Source of the DNA: an uncultured Acidobacteriaceae bacterium
GTDB taxonomy: Bacteria > Acidobacteriota > Terriglobia > Terriglobales > Acidobacteriaceae
Assembly: GCA_963772045.1 (NCBI GenBank)
Contig: CAVYWC010000007.1
Location: 438,023-502,022 of the forward strand
Reading direction: 5' to 3'
DNA: 64,000 bases
Numbering within the stretch: the first letter of the stretch is position 1; every line of letters starts with the position of its first letter. Positions 1 through 8,680 of the stretch are shown here, piece after piece. The position numbers and the translations under genes were made by a program. Under the pieces are notes generated by a model, which was given only the letters and a program-made list of their open reading frames with translations, was not told the DNA's origin and did no database searches.

Positions 1-624
1 CGGAACGTGGGGGCATGGCGTCTCAACGCGAACGCCAACTACAACCAGGGTATGGAAACCCAGCTGGCGCTGACGACCGAGTCCGAGGCGACCGCGAATG
101 TGGGGATCCGCCGCACTGTGGCCGACAGGATGAGCTTTGGGGCGACCGCGGGATACGGCAGAAGCCTCTTTTCGACGCAGCAGGGGCAATCGACGAAAAC
201 AGAGAATGCGGGCGTCTATCTGGGCTGGATGAAACAGACTTTGTCCGGCAACTACGGAGAGTCGGGTGGAACCGCAATTATTACCAGCGCAGGGCTGGTC
301 GCAGTGACAACGCCCGGTCTGAACACCGCTCAGATCACGCCCTACTCCGGGAAGAGCTACAATGTCGGCTACGCGAATACTTTGATCAAGAATCTGAACC
401 TGAGTTTTTCCTGGAGCAGGTTCCTGAGCACCGGCACGGGCGCCGGGCTGTTCTCAAATGTGTCGGCAGAAACGTACCTGGGGAGCGCGACTTATCAATA
501 TCGCAAGATCGATTTCATCGCCAATTATTCACAAAGTCATCAAGGGGCCAGCAACACATCCGCTGCGCCCAGTAACATAACCGTTTACTACTTCGGGATC
601 TCGCGATGGTTCGACTTTTTCTAA
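1..624 (+). CDS. Outer-membrane beta-barrel protein, C-terminal ~205 aa (5' end outside window)
   Basis: The frame is open from base 1. It shows a G/S/T/N/Y-rich alternating beta-strand pattern and ends ...YYFGISRWFDFF with a terminal Phe (OMP beta-signal). The stop lies 5 nt before the next gene. Confidence 0.6.
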   Translation, partial: RNVGAWRLNANANYNQGMETQLALTTESEATANVGIRRTVADRMSFGATAGYGRSLFSTQQGQSTKTENAGVYLGWMKQTLSGNYGESGGTAIITSAGLVAVTTPGLNTAQITPYSGKSYNVGYANTLIKNLNLSFSWSRFLSTGTGAGLFSNVSAETYLGSATYQYRKIDFIANYSQSHQGASNTSAAPSNITVYYFGISRWFDFF

Positions 625-629
625 AGCAA

Positions 630-1691
630 ATGTCGATTACCCGGCGCGCCACGGCGCTAGTTGCCTGTGCGTTTCTTTTGGCACCTATCGCCCAGGCTAG
701 GGGGAACGGAGGTAAGCCGGAATTCGTTCCGGCGCCCCCCGATCTGTTGCTGGAAGGGAACCGCAAACTCAGTTTTGTGCAGGCCTTCAGCTCGGAACGC
801 GAGGCCAGCAAACCGGGGTTCTTCGGCAAACTGCTGAACGTAGTGGCGGGCGAGCCGGTCCATCACCGAATGGTGCGGCCCTATGGGATCGCAGTCGATT
901 CGCGCGGTCGCATCATTGTGACCGATCCCGGTGCCCAGGGCGTTCATATCTTCGACTTCGGCCAGCATAAATATAAGTTCCTAGAGCGGCTTGACACGGA
1001 AAAGAACCCGATGCGTCAGCCGCAGTGCGTGGCGGTAGACGCAAACGACAACATTTATGTCACAGATTCGGAGTCCGGGTACATCTTTGTGTTTGATCCG
1101 CACGGCGGATTGCGCCGCGTGATCGGCAGCCTGAAGGGCGGCGAAGGGTATTTCAAGCGTCCCACTGGTATTGCGGTGGATTCCGCTGCGGGAAAAATCT
1201 ATGTCGCGGACACACTGCGAGACAAAATCTTTGTCCTGGACATGAATGGCTCTATTCTGCGGACCATCGGAGACCACGGCAGGAATCCAGGCAATCTGTA
1301 CTTTCCGACCGAACTCAGGCTGACAAAGAGTGGTCTGATCGCAGTGGACTCGATGAACTTCCGAGTACAGTTGTTTTCCCTCGACGGAACTGTTCAGAGC
1401 ACAATAGGCAGTATCGGAGATTCAGTCGGCAGCATGTTCCGCCCCAAGGGAGTTAGCGTCGATTCGGAAGATCATATTTATGTTGTCGATGGACTTTGGG
1501 GTGTCGTTCAAATTTTCGACCGGCAAGGACAACTGCTCTATTACTTCGGTCAGCGGGGGACACAGTTGGGCGAATTCCAACTACCGTCAGGGATATTTAT
1601 CGACAGCAAGGATCGTATCTACGTAGCTGATTCCTATAACGGACGAGTGCAAGTTTTTCAGTATCACGGCATTCCCCCTGTAAAGGAGTAA
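630..1691 (+). CDS. Periplasmic NHL-repeat protein (six-bladed beta-propeller)
   Basis: Signal peptide MSITRRATALVACAFLLAPIAQA. Six repeats of the type GIAVDS.G.IYV.D.....I.VFD are present (e.g. GIAVDSRGRIIVTDPGAQGVHIFD, GIFIDSKDRIYVADSYNGRVQVFQ). The ORF-track start at 606 overlaps the upstream stop, so ATG 630 is preferred. Confidence 0.8.
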   Translation: MSITRRATALVACAFLLAPIAQARGNGGKPEFVPAPPDLLLEGNRKLSFVQAFSSEREASKPGFFGKLLNVVAGEPVHHRMVRPYGIAVDSRGRIIVTDPGAQGVHIFDFGQHKYKFLERLDTEKNPMRQPQCVAVDANDNIYVTDSESGYIFVFDPHGGLRRVIGSLKGGEGYFKRPTGIAVDSAAGKIYVADTLRDKIFVLDMNGSILRTIGDHGRNPGNLYFPTELRLTKSGLIAVDSMNFRVQLFSLDGTVQSTIGSIGDSVGSMFRPKGVSVDSEDHIYVVDGLWGVVQIFDRQGQLLYYFGQRGTQLGEFQLPSGIFIDSKDRIYVADSYNGRVQVFQYHGIPPVKE

Positions 1692-1695
1692 GAAA

Positions 1696-3732
1696 GTGAG
1701 GAAAGCGGTAGCACTGGCGCTATTTTGGATGGTGGCATTGGCGGCCAGCGCTCAGATATCCGGCAATGCCCTTGGAGCTCACGATATGGGGGGAAGTGGA
1801 ACATCCCCCACCGTGGGAGGCCTGCCCGCTTGCTACTTTTGCCATGCTCCTCATAACGGTGTCGGCGGGACTCAGGTCGGCCTTTGGTCGCAGAAACTTT
1901 CCACCGTCCAGAATTACACACTCTACCCACAAAGCCAAATTACGAACTTGGTTGAGGAACCGCTTCTCGGGGATAAGAGCAATCTTTGCTTGAGCTGTCA
2001 CGATGGGAGTGTTGCTCCCGGACAGACGATGCCGTGGGGTCCAATCAAAATGAGTGGATCGATGCAGTCCCAGGACCTCTTTGGCCGAGATCTGTCGACG
2101 GCTCACCCGTTCAATTTCAAGCTGCCGCTGCAAATGCCGCCAGATCAGAACCTGATTCCCACGGTCGTGAGTTCCGGTGCCACTGCAAACCCTCTAGTTC
2201 AGATGCCTGGCGGAAATGTGCAATGCGTAAGTTGTCACGAGCCTCACGTTCAAGGCCTTGACTCCTCGAACGCGTTTCTGGTGGTGGATAACACCGGCTC
2301 AGCACTTTGCCTGGCCTGCCATGTCTCGTCTCCCGAGTCGGCCGGCAGCATGATAGGGTTCAGACACGTGACGCCCTTTAACGTAGCTGCGGCGCAAAGC
2401 GCCCCGGCCAGCCAGTCCGGTCCCACTCAAAAGACCTACAATGCGTTGACCGCGTGGAGCAATAGCATCCACGCTCAGGCTGGCCAACAGGCAGCGAGAG
2501 CGGCCAACGTGGGTCCTCACGGAAGCGTTCGCAAGAACGGCTGTGAGTCGTGCCACAGCATGCACAAGGCCCAGGCGGGAGAGGCTCTTCTGTCTCCGGC
2601 AAAACAAGCTCTGACCAATGTAGATGCATCGACTCAGACCTGCTTAAACTGCCACAACGGCGGATCGACCATCTCTCCTCCGATTGGCAACATCTATCAG
2701 GAGTTTACGAAGAAGGGTCATCCTTTCCCGACGGGCACGAATACCCACCTAATGAACGAAGCTGCACTCTTGAACCGGAATCGCCACACTACCTGTGTGG
2801 ATTGCCATAACCCGCATGCTTCCCAGAAGACATCATCATTTCTCGTGACAACGATTCGTCCTTCCCAGGAGGGTACGGACGGCATTAGTGGTGTCGACGG
2901 TGTCACCGTAGTCAGCCCAGCCGTCAATCAGTACGAGGTTTGTTTCCGTTGCCACGCGGCCAGCTCGGGAAAGCAACGTCTGGCGATCTATGGTTATTCT
3001 CCGACCCGAATGGACACGACTGGCGATCCCTTTAATCTGGTGCCTCAGTTAAACAACAATTCGGTGTCCAGCCATCCGGTGGCTCATGTGCGGCAGAGCA
3101 AGTTTCCTCAGCCCAGTCTTCTGAAATTCATGTGGAACCTGGACGGTCACACTCAAGGGCGAATCATGGGTTCCCGCATTCTTTGCACGGATTGCCATAA
3201 CAGCGATGACAATCGGGAGTTTGGTGGTTCGGGGCCGAACGGACCTCATGGCTCGCAGTACGATCACATCCTTGAACGTCGTTACGAGTACAGCCAAGTT
3301 GCTTCTGCGGCTGGTCCGGGAACTACAATCCAAAGCCTTTTGCCGGTGGTTGTCGATCCGGGGGCCAATGGGCCCTACTCACTCTGCGCGAAGTGTCACG
3401 ACCTTGTGAACATTCTTTCCGATGCCAGCTTCCGCAAGCACTCGGTTCACATCAATGCGGGTTTCTCCTGTTCGGTATGTCACACGGCCCACGGAGTGGC
3501 GAAGGGTTCCGTGGGGCTGTCGGGCGATCGGTTGGTGAATTTTGATCTGAACGTCGTTGCGCGGAATGATGTCAGCCAAGGTCCGATCTCCTACAATCGG
3601 AATACTGGGACATGTACGCTCAAGTGCCACAACTTCAACCATAACCAGAATGGCACGGTAACCAACTCGCGAGGCAAAACGACACCGACTCAATTACAAG
3701 GGGTCTTGCCTCCGTGGGCGGTTAAGCATTGA
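1696..3732 (+). CDS. Secreted multihaem cytochrome c with 12 haem-binding motifs (11 CXXCH + 1 CX3CH)
   Basis: GTG start preceded by AAGGAG. Signal peptide MRKAVALALFWMVALAASA. Motifs: CYFCH, CLSCH, CVSCH, CLACH, CESCH, CLNCH, CVDCH, CFRCH, CTDCH, CAKCH, CSVCH and CTLKCH. All 24 Cys lie in these motifs. C..CH.PH pairs recur, as in doubled-CXXCH families. Confidence 0.9.
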   Translation: MRKAVALALFWMVALAASAQISGNALGAHDMGGSGTSPTVGGLPACYFCHAPHNGVGGTQVGLWSQKLSTVQNYTLYPQSQITNLVEEPLLGDKSNLCLSCHDGSVAPGQTMPWGPIKMSGSMQSQDLFGRDLSTAHPFNFKLPLQMPPDQNLIPTVVSSGATANPLVQMPGGNVQCVSCHEPHVQGLDSSNAFLVVDNTGSALCLACHVSSPESAGSMIGFRHVTPFNVAAAQSAPASQSGPTQKTYNALTAWSNSIHAQAGQQAARAANVGPHGSVRKNGCESCHSMHKAQAGEALLSPAKQALTNVDASTQTCLNCHNGGSTISPPIGNIYQEFTKKGHPFPTGTNTHLMNEAALLNRNRHTTCVDCHNPHASQKTSSFLVTTIRPSQEGTDGISGVDGVTVVSPAVNQYEVCFRCHAASSGKQRLAIYGYSPTRMDTTGDPFNLVPQLNNNSVSSHPVAHVRQSKFPQPSLLKFMWNLDGHTQGRIMGSRILCTDCHNSDDNREFGGSGPNGPHGSQYDHILERRYEYSQVASAAGPGTTIQSLLPVVVDPGANGPYSLCAKCHDLVNILSDASFRKHSVHINAGFSCSVCHTAHGVAKGSVGLSGDRLVNFDLNVVARNDVSQGPISYNRNTGTCTLKCHNFNHNQNGTVTNSRGKTTPTQLQGVLPPWAVKH

Positions 3733-5285
3733 TTCGCACAGAGCCCGACACTGTAAACTCGCATCCCCCCGGCGTGAGTGAAGTCCTGATTAGAAGCGGT
3801 TGCGCCAAAGTCAGCCTGCTTCGCCTATCGCAAAATTCCGTCACTCGAATTTTGGTTCTGATCTTGCTGTTGAGCACAGCGGCTCTGTGGGAAGCGAAGC
3901 AGATTTCGGCATTTTCAAACGATGAGATTTGGTGTCATCTGCGCACCGGGATGTGGATTCTCCAGAAGCATGCGATTCCTCACACGGGATTGTTCTCGCA
4001 GTTTTCAATATCCCGCTGGATTGATTTCAGCTGGCCGTATGATGCGTTGTGCGGGGCTGTCTACACCTTGTTGGGATTGAGAGCTTTTCCCCTGTTGCTC
4101 ATGATGTTCAAAGTGGCAGTGGGTGGAATTACTTTCCTGCTCGCGGGAGGGCGACGCAACTTCTGGTGGGCGGTAGTGCTCTCCGTATTAGCCCAGTTCA
4201 GCTTCTCTTCGCTGCAGCCGCTTCCAGAAGTGTTTTCGATCTGCCTTTTTGGATTGGCGCTGCATTGCATGCTTGAGGCTCATCGCAGCCATGACTTAGC
4301 TTATTTGCTGTGGCTGCCACCTTTGTTTTTGTTCTGGGCAAATCTCGATGCCCGGTTCGTTCTGGGCTTGCTGCTGCTCTTCATGTTCTTACTGGGCGAG
4401 ATCCTGGAAAGGGTGACGCGTCTATCGGGGAACTACAATTCCGGGTCTCCGCGAATTCCTCTCCTTTATCTTGTCGCGATCGTTGCGGGCTGTGGTATGG
4501 CGACAATGATCACGCCTTACTTTGTTCATCTGTTTCCCGCTGCCTTGCAGTCCTTGTATAGCTTCACACTGTTCAAGAACTTCTCCTTCACGGCTGCTAT
4601 GAGCTTTCGGCGGCCTGAACACTTTGTCCTAACCTTGCTGCTTTTTTCGGCCTGCCTCCGACTGGGACGGGAGCACTCCCGGGACATCTTCAAGATACTT
4701 CTGCTTGTCTGCTGGGCAGCTCTGGCATTTCGGGTTCAACGCGACAACTGGACAGTTGTTCTAGCCTCGATCGCGATTCTCGGCGGCGCTGTCGCAATGG
4801 ATGGCGATAAGATGGGTGCTCTCGGGCAGATAAGTGCGAAGAATGCCAATCTTTGCATTGCGGCCGGCGTGGCGACCCTGCTGACGCTTTCTTTCTTTTT
4901 GTTGCCCGGTAATCAACTCCTTGAGTCTCGACTCGATCGTATCCTGCCAGCCAAAGCGTGTGAGTACATACAAGAGAATCATCTCCCCGGTCCGCTGTTC
5001 AACGGATCCACGTGGGGAGGGTATCTGATGTGGAAACTTCCCGAGTATCCGGTCGCGATGGATGAGCGCTTGAACCTATATGGAGAGGAGTTCAGCGATG
5101 CGTACTTTGAAGTGATCATGGGCAAGCGGAGAATGGAAACATTGCCGGGCTTCGCTAGTGAGCAGATCGTGCTGCTGCCGGTGAACCTTTCGATGGCGAA
5201 GGCACTCACTACAATTCCAGCCTTGCAACAGCAATTCCGCGAAGTTTACCGAGACAAAGTCTCGATCGTCCTGGTGCGACGATGA
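3729..5285 (+). CDS. Polytopic inner-membrane protein, GT-C-glycosyltransferase-like (tentative), paralog A
   Basis: Many hydrophobic helices. There is an acidic motif in the first loop after TM1 (SNDEIWCHLRTGMWI), a shared WANLDARF motif and the C-terminal motif WGGYLMWKLPEYPVAMDERLNLYGEEF. The start is uncertain (TTG 3729 overlaps the cytochrome stop). Confidence 0.65.
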   Translation: MIRTEPDTVNSHPPGVSEVLIRSGCAKVSLLRLSQNSVTRILVLILLLSTAALWEAKQISAFSNDEIWCHLRTGMWILQKHAIPHTGLFSQFSISRWIDFSWPYDALCGAVYTLLGLRAFPLLLMMFKVAVGGITFLLAGGRRNFWWAVVLSVLAQFSFSSLQPLPEVFSICLFGLALHCMLEAHRSHDLAYLLWLPPLFLFWANLDARFVLGLLLLFMFLLGEILERVTRLSGNYNSGSPRIPLLYLVAIVAGCGMATMITPYFVHLFPAALQSLYSFTLFKNFSFTAAMSFRRPEHFVLTLLLFSACLRLGREHSRDIFKILLLVCWAALAFRVQRDNWTVVLASIAILGGAVAMDGDKMGALGQISAKNANLCIAAGVATLLTLSFFLLPGNQLLESRLDRILPAKACEYIQENHLPGPLFNGSTWGGYLMWKLPEYPVAMDERLNLYGEEFSDAYFEVIMGKRRMETLPGFASEQIVLLPVNLSMAKALTTIPALQQQFREVYRDKVSIVLVRR

Positions 5286-6793
5286 GTGTTCAGCCCGCAG
5301 CGTCTAGAGTTGACTCTGGAATCGCTCGGGAATTGGCCCAACTATTGGGAAGACCCATTGCGAAGGTGACAGCACTCGGGGCCTTATTTGCTTTGTTTTC
5401 CTTCACGACTTTGCTGAGCAAGGGCTACCTGGTTGACCCGGATATCTGGTGGCACTTGAAGGTTGGGGATTGGATCGTACAGCATCGGTCTGTCCCATGG
5501 GTAGGCATTCTTTCACGTACCGCCGCCAATCGGCCTTGGTTGGCGTACAGCTGGGCGTTTGAGGTAATCCTGTCCCGAGTCTATGCGTGGTTGGGACTGA
5601 TGGGCTTTGCCTACTTCGGCATCCTGTTATCCCTGCTAGTCCCGCTCGTGCTATTTGCCACCTGCTTTGCCCTTTCCGGTCGCTTCTGGCGATCGTGGCT
5701 GTTGACACTGGTTGGAACCTTTGCCTACGTTTTCGCCCTTTATCCCCGCCCCGTATTCTTCAGCATGATGCTGTTCAACGTCCTGGTGTATCTGCTGTTG
5801 CAGGCGCAACGCAGCAACCAGATCCGCGAGCTTTACTGGTTGCCGCTGATATTCATGGTTTGGGCGAATCTTCACATCCAGTTCATTTACGGGCTGGCCA
5901 CCCTGGGGCTTTTTGTTGTCGTCACGGCTGCAGTTCGGCTCGTTTCACGCCGGTCCTTCAATTCAAGTGCGTTCCGGACGTCCTCGTTGTCATTGTCCAG
6001 ATTGTCGCTAATCCTAGCCGCCAGCGCGGCGGCGTCTTGCATCGGCCCGTATTCTTACCGGCTCTTCGGAGTAGTCTTTGCATACTCCCGCGCAACACAG
6101 ATTTACTTCGTCGTTCAGGAGTTGCTGTCTCCGACATTCCTCAGCTTCACCTGCTTCATTCTCCTTTTTGTCGTTATGGCTGCTTTCTATGCGGCGGGGT
6201 CGCGAAAGCAGATCGACCTGTTTCAGCTGCTCCTGCTGGTCATAGGTTCGCTTTCGGCCTTACGTATGGTTCGAGACGCGTGGTTTGCCGCGATTCCAGC
6301 CATTCTCTTACTGGCGGATGCTCCTGCGGACTCCACCGGCCACGATGCGGCTTTCAGTCGCTGGCAACTCTTGTCTATTACTGTTGCGATGGTATTCGTA
6401 GTCTTCTTGCTGTCGACGAATACGGGGTTTACTCCTCGTGGAGTCGATTACACCGTGAGTATGGAGTATCCGGTCGACGCCGCGAATTTCGTGCGCAGGA
6501 TCGAGCCACCCGGGCCAATCTACAATGACTTCGATTGGGGTGGCTTCCTTACTTGGTATCTTCCCCAATATCCGGTTTCGATCGACGGTCGTACTGATCT
6601 TTACGGAGACAAGTTCGTGGCGGATTATTTTAATTTCAGGTTCGGCGATCGAACCGAAGGCGATCCGCAACTTGATCAGGCCGGCACGGTATTGCTTAAG
6701 AAAGACGCGCCGCTTGCCAAATTGCTGAAGCAGGACCCACGTTTTCGCTGCGTTTATGAAGACGGCCTTGCCGATGTTTTCTTACGCAACTGA
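5282..6793 (+). CDS. Polytopic inner-membrane protein, GT-C-like (tentative), paralog B
   Basis: ATGA start/stop overlap with paralog A. It aligns with A at DPDIWWHLKVGDWI, WANLHIQF and WGGFLTWYLPQYPVSIDGRTDLYGDKF, and has many TM helices. Confidence 0.7.
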   Translation: MSVQPAASRVDSGIARELAQLLGRPIAKVTALGALFALFSFTTLLSKGYLVDPDIWWHLKVGDWIVQHRSVPWVGILSRTAANRPWLAYSWAFEVILSRVYAWLGLMGFAYFGILLSLLVPLVLFATCFALSGRFWRSWLLTLVGTFAYVFALYPRPVFFSMMLFNVLVYLLLQAQRSNQIRELYWLPLIFMVWANLHIQFIYGLATLGLFVVVTAAVRLVSRRSFNSSAFRTSSLSLSRLSLILAASAAASCIGPYSYRLFGVVFAYSRATQIYFVVQELLSPTFLSFTCFILLFVVMAAFYAAGSRKQIDLFQLLLLVIGSLSALRMVRDAWFAAIPAILLLADAPADSTGHDAAFSRWQLLSITVAMVFVVFLLSTNTGFTPRGVDYTVSMEYPVDAANFVRRIEPPGPIYNDFDWGGFLTWYLPQYPVSIDGRTDLYGDKFVADYFNFRFGDRTEGDPQLDQAGTVLLKKDAPLAKLLKQDPRFRCVYEDGLADVFLRN

Positions 6794-6838
6794 GGGTGCG
6801 CCCCGCGATAACCCTTCTAAATTCCCACTTTGCCGGCG

Positions 6839-7297
6839 TTATTCTACGCTCTTGCGCAGACGGGACACGAGCCATGAGGAGGCGCTTGGAAAACGATGAC
6901 GGGGACAACTGAACGTGAGCAATTCGCGACCCGCATCCCGATCCACAGCGACCAAAGTCAAAGTATCGAGATCGATGACGGTTGGCCAGTGGAAGTAATA
7001 GACGTTCAACTCGAAAATTGGCATGGGATTGAAAGCCGGCGCGGCGTTTTCCTTTTCTTCCGAAAAAACCAGCAAGAGTTCGGCTTCCTTGGGGTTTTGC
7101 ACAATCTTCCAGCGGCCCCACTCCTCTAAGGTAGCTCGCACGTGCTCGAAAACAGCCGCGTCGGCATTGGTATTCACCAGGCAGACAGTATGGAAATCGC
7201 CGATGTGTCTGGGAGCAGAAACAGCGTGCTGAACCTGCGCTGTCGCCAGCGTGGTCAGCAGCAGAGAAACAAGGACCCGAGACGTGAGACGGGGCAT
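6839..7297 (-). CDS. Small secreted hypothetical protein
   Basis: Signal peptide MPRLTSRVLVSLLLTTLATAQV and normal amino-acid composition. The overlapping 213-aa ORF in another frame is Arg/Cys-rich junk. Confidence 0.55.
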   Translation of the reverse strand: MPRLTSRVLVSLLLTTLATAQVQHAVSAPRHIGDFHTVCLVNTNADAAVFEHVRATLEEWGRWKIVQNPKEAELLLVFSEEKENAAPAFNPMPIFELNVYYFHWPTVIDLDTLTLVAVDRDAGRELLTFSCPRHRFPSASSWLVSRLRKSVE

Positions 7298-7470
7298 GGG
7301 GGAACACCTTCGGGGCGAACGAGCGTCCCAATACCAACTATAAGCATTATCGACCGTACGCGGGCCTTGTCAAGCTTACCTAAGGAACCGGGGATCGTAA
7401 TCGGCGAGTCTCGGAGCTTTGTCCGTACGTAAACATGACCCTCTTTCCACAATCTTTATCGCCCAAGTCT

Positions 7471-8142
7471 CTACATTTGCGGTTTAGCTGACTTGGTGCC
7501 ATCGGCGACATGGAGGTGCTGTTTCGCCTGCGCGATCATTTTTTCGACTTGGTCCCGCTTCGGGTGATCCGGATGCAGCTTGAGCAACTTCTCCCACATC
7601 TCGATTGCGCCCTGCGGGTCTGACTTGGTCCGCCATTTGACCATGCCGAGGTTGAAGAGCGCGTTCGCGAATCCGGGATCAATGGAGATGGCCTGCTCGA
7701 GAGTCGCGATGGCTTTGTCGGCGTTTCCCTGATAGTAATAGGCCGAAGCCAATTGGGTGAGTGCGGTGGGGTTTGCACTCTTGACCGCCAGTGAACGTTC
7801 GTAGTATTGCTGCGCTGTCTGGGGCTGTTGCGCCGCCAGATACACGTCCCCGATTTTCGTCAGCAGCCCATCGTCATTTGGATGTGTCTTCAATTCGGTC
7901 AACAGAGGCGCAACTTGCTGATCGGCCATATGTGCAAGCTGAGCGGGCGTGATCTGAGACGGGTCAAGCGGAACTTTCGGAGCATTCGCTGGCTGCACAA
8001 CCTGTGCGGGCTGATTCACCGGGCCGGGCGTCGGTCCGTGAAGCAGATAGCCAACCGCGATTCCGATTACCAGGCACAATGCCAACAACACATAGGCTTG
8101 CGTGCTGGTCCATTGTTGGCTAGCTTCTGTTTTGCTGCCCAT
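7471..8142 (-). CDS. Membrane-anchored TPR protein (CcmI/CcmH-C/NrfG-like architecture), paralog 1
   Basis: GGAG RBS. One N-terminal TM helix (AYVLLALCLVIGIAVGYLL), a Pro/Gln-rich linker, then about 3-4 TPRs. By eye it is roughly 40 percent identical to 13039-13755 over about 145 aa. Confidence 0.75.
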   Translation of the reverse strand: MGSKTEASQQWTSTQAYVLLALCLVIGIAVGYLLHGPTPGPVNQPAQVVQPANAPKVPLDPSQITPAQLAHMADQQVAPLLTELKTHPNDDGLLTKIGDVYLAAQQPQTAQQYYERSLAVKSANPTALTQLASAYYYQGNADKAIATLEQAISIDPGFANALFNLGMVKWRTKSDPQGAIEMWEKLLKLHPDHPKRDQVEKMIAQAKQHLHVADGTKSAKPQM

Positions 8143-8149
8143 CCGTTTC

Positions 8150-8543
8150 TCCTAGCAGACAATTTCGAAAGTCAAAATCTCGATAGCGCAGAGGTTGCGC
8201 AGTGCGCACCTCGTCCAACCGCACGCCCGGCTGGCTACCGGGCACAAGTTCGCGGATCGGCATGGACGATACTAGGTGCTCACCGCGAAATTCCTCCCCA
8301 TGGCCGGCTGTGTCGCGAGTGGCAACGGACCAGACAATTCGTGCGGAGTCAAAACGGGAGCTAACCACACGCACCGTCCGCGAGATTCCACCGTGACGTA
8401 TTGGGGATCGCCTTCCAGAACCACGACAGGAACATTCTGCTTGGATAGTCATAGGCCGCGGCCAATCCCGCTGGTCTGGCGCCGATCATCACGGCTTTGA
8501 ATCTATCCTGATCCATCAGAACAAGTTGAGGTGCAATTCCCAT
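8150..8543 (-). pseudogene. Eroded remnant of an NAD(P)/FAD-dependent oxidoreductase (amine-oxidase-like)
   Basis: The N-terminal fragment KAVMIGARPAGLAAAY carries a broken GxGxxG motif (G to R). A frameshift leads into a second frame holding HGGISRTV, SSMPIRELV and LRYRDF. Only about 0.4 kb remains of what I expect, from memory of this family, to be a gene of roughly 1.3-1.5 kb. Confidence 0.5.
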
Positions 8544-8680
8544 GCCACCCCTCTGGACCAGTTAAGTACCTGATAATGCAGGGTAAAACCCTACTTCGTG
8601 GCTTCCAGGACCGGGTTAAAACACACGCTCTAATGAGGATAAAGGCACGTCGTCTTCTGATCAGGATTGAAGCCCCAAAC

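Noticed and set aside
5587-6528. 313-aa same-strand alternative-frame ORF inside membrane paralog B; likewise 56182-57198 (338 aa) inside the GT39-like gene
   Set aside because: They are Arg/Cys/Pro-rich with no TM pattern or motifs. The overlapping frames encode coherent multi-TM proteins with a paralog or family motifs.
6696-7337. 213-aa minus-strand ORF overlapping the 152-aa secreted protein gene
   Set aside because: The composition is Arg/Cys/Gly-rich with no signal or motifs. The 152-aa frame has a signal peptide and a balanced composition.
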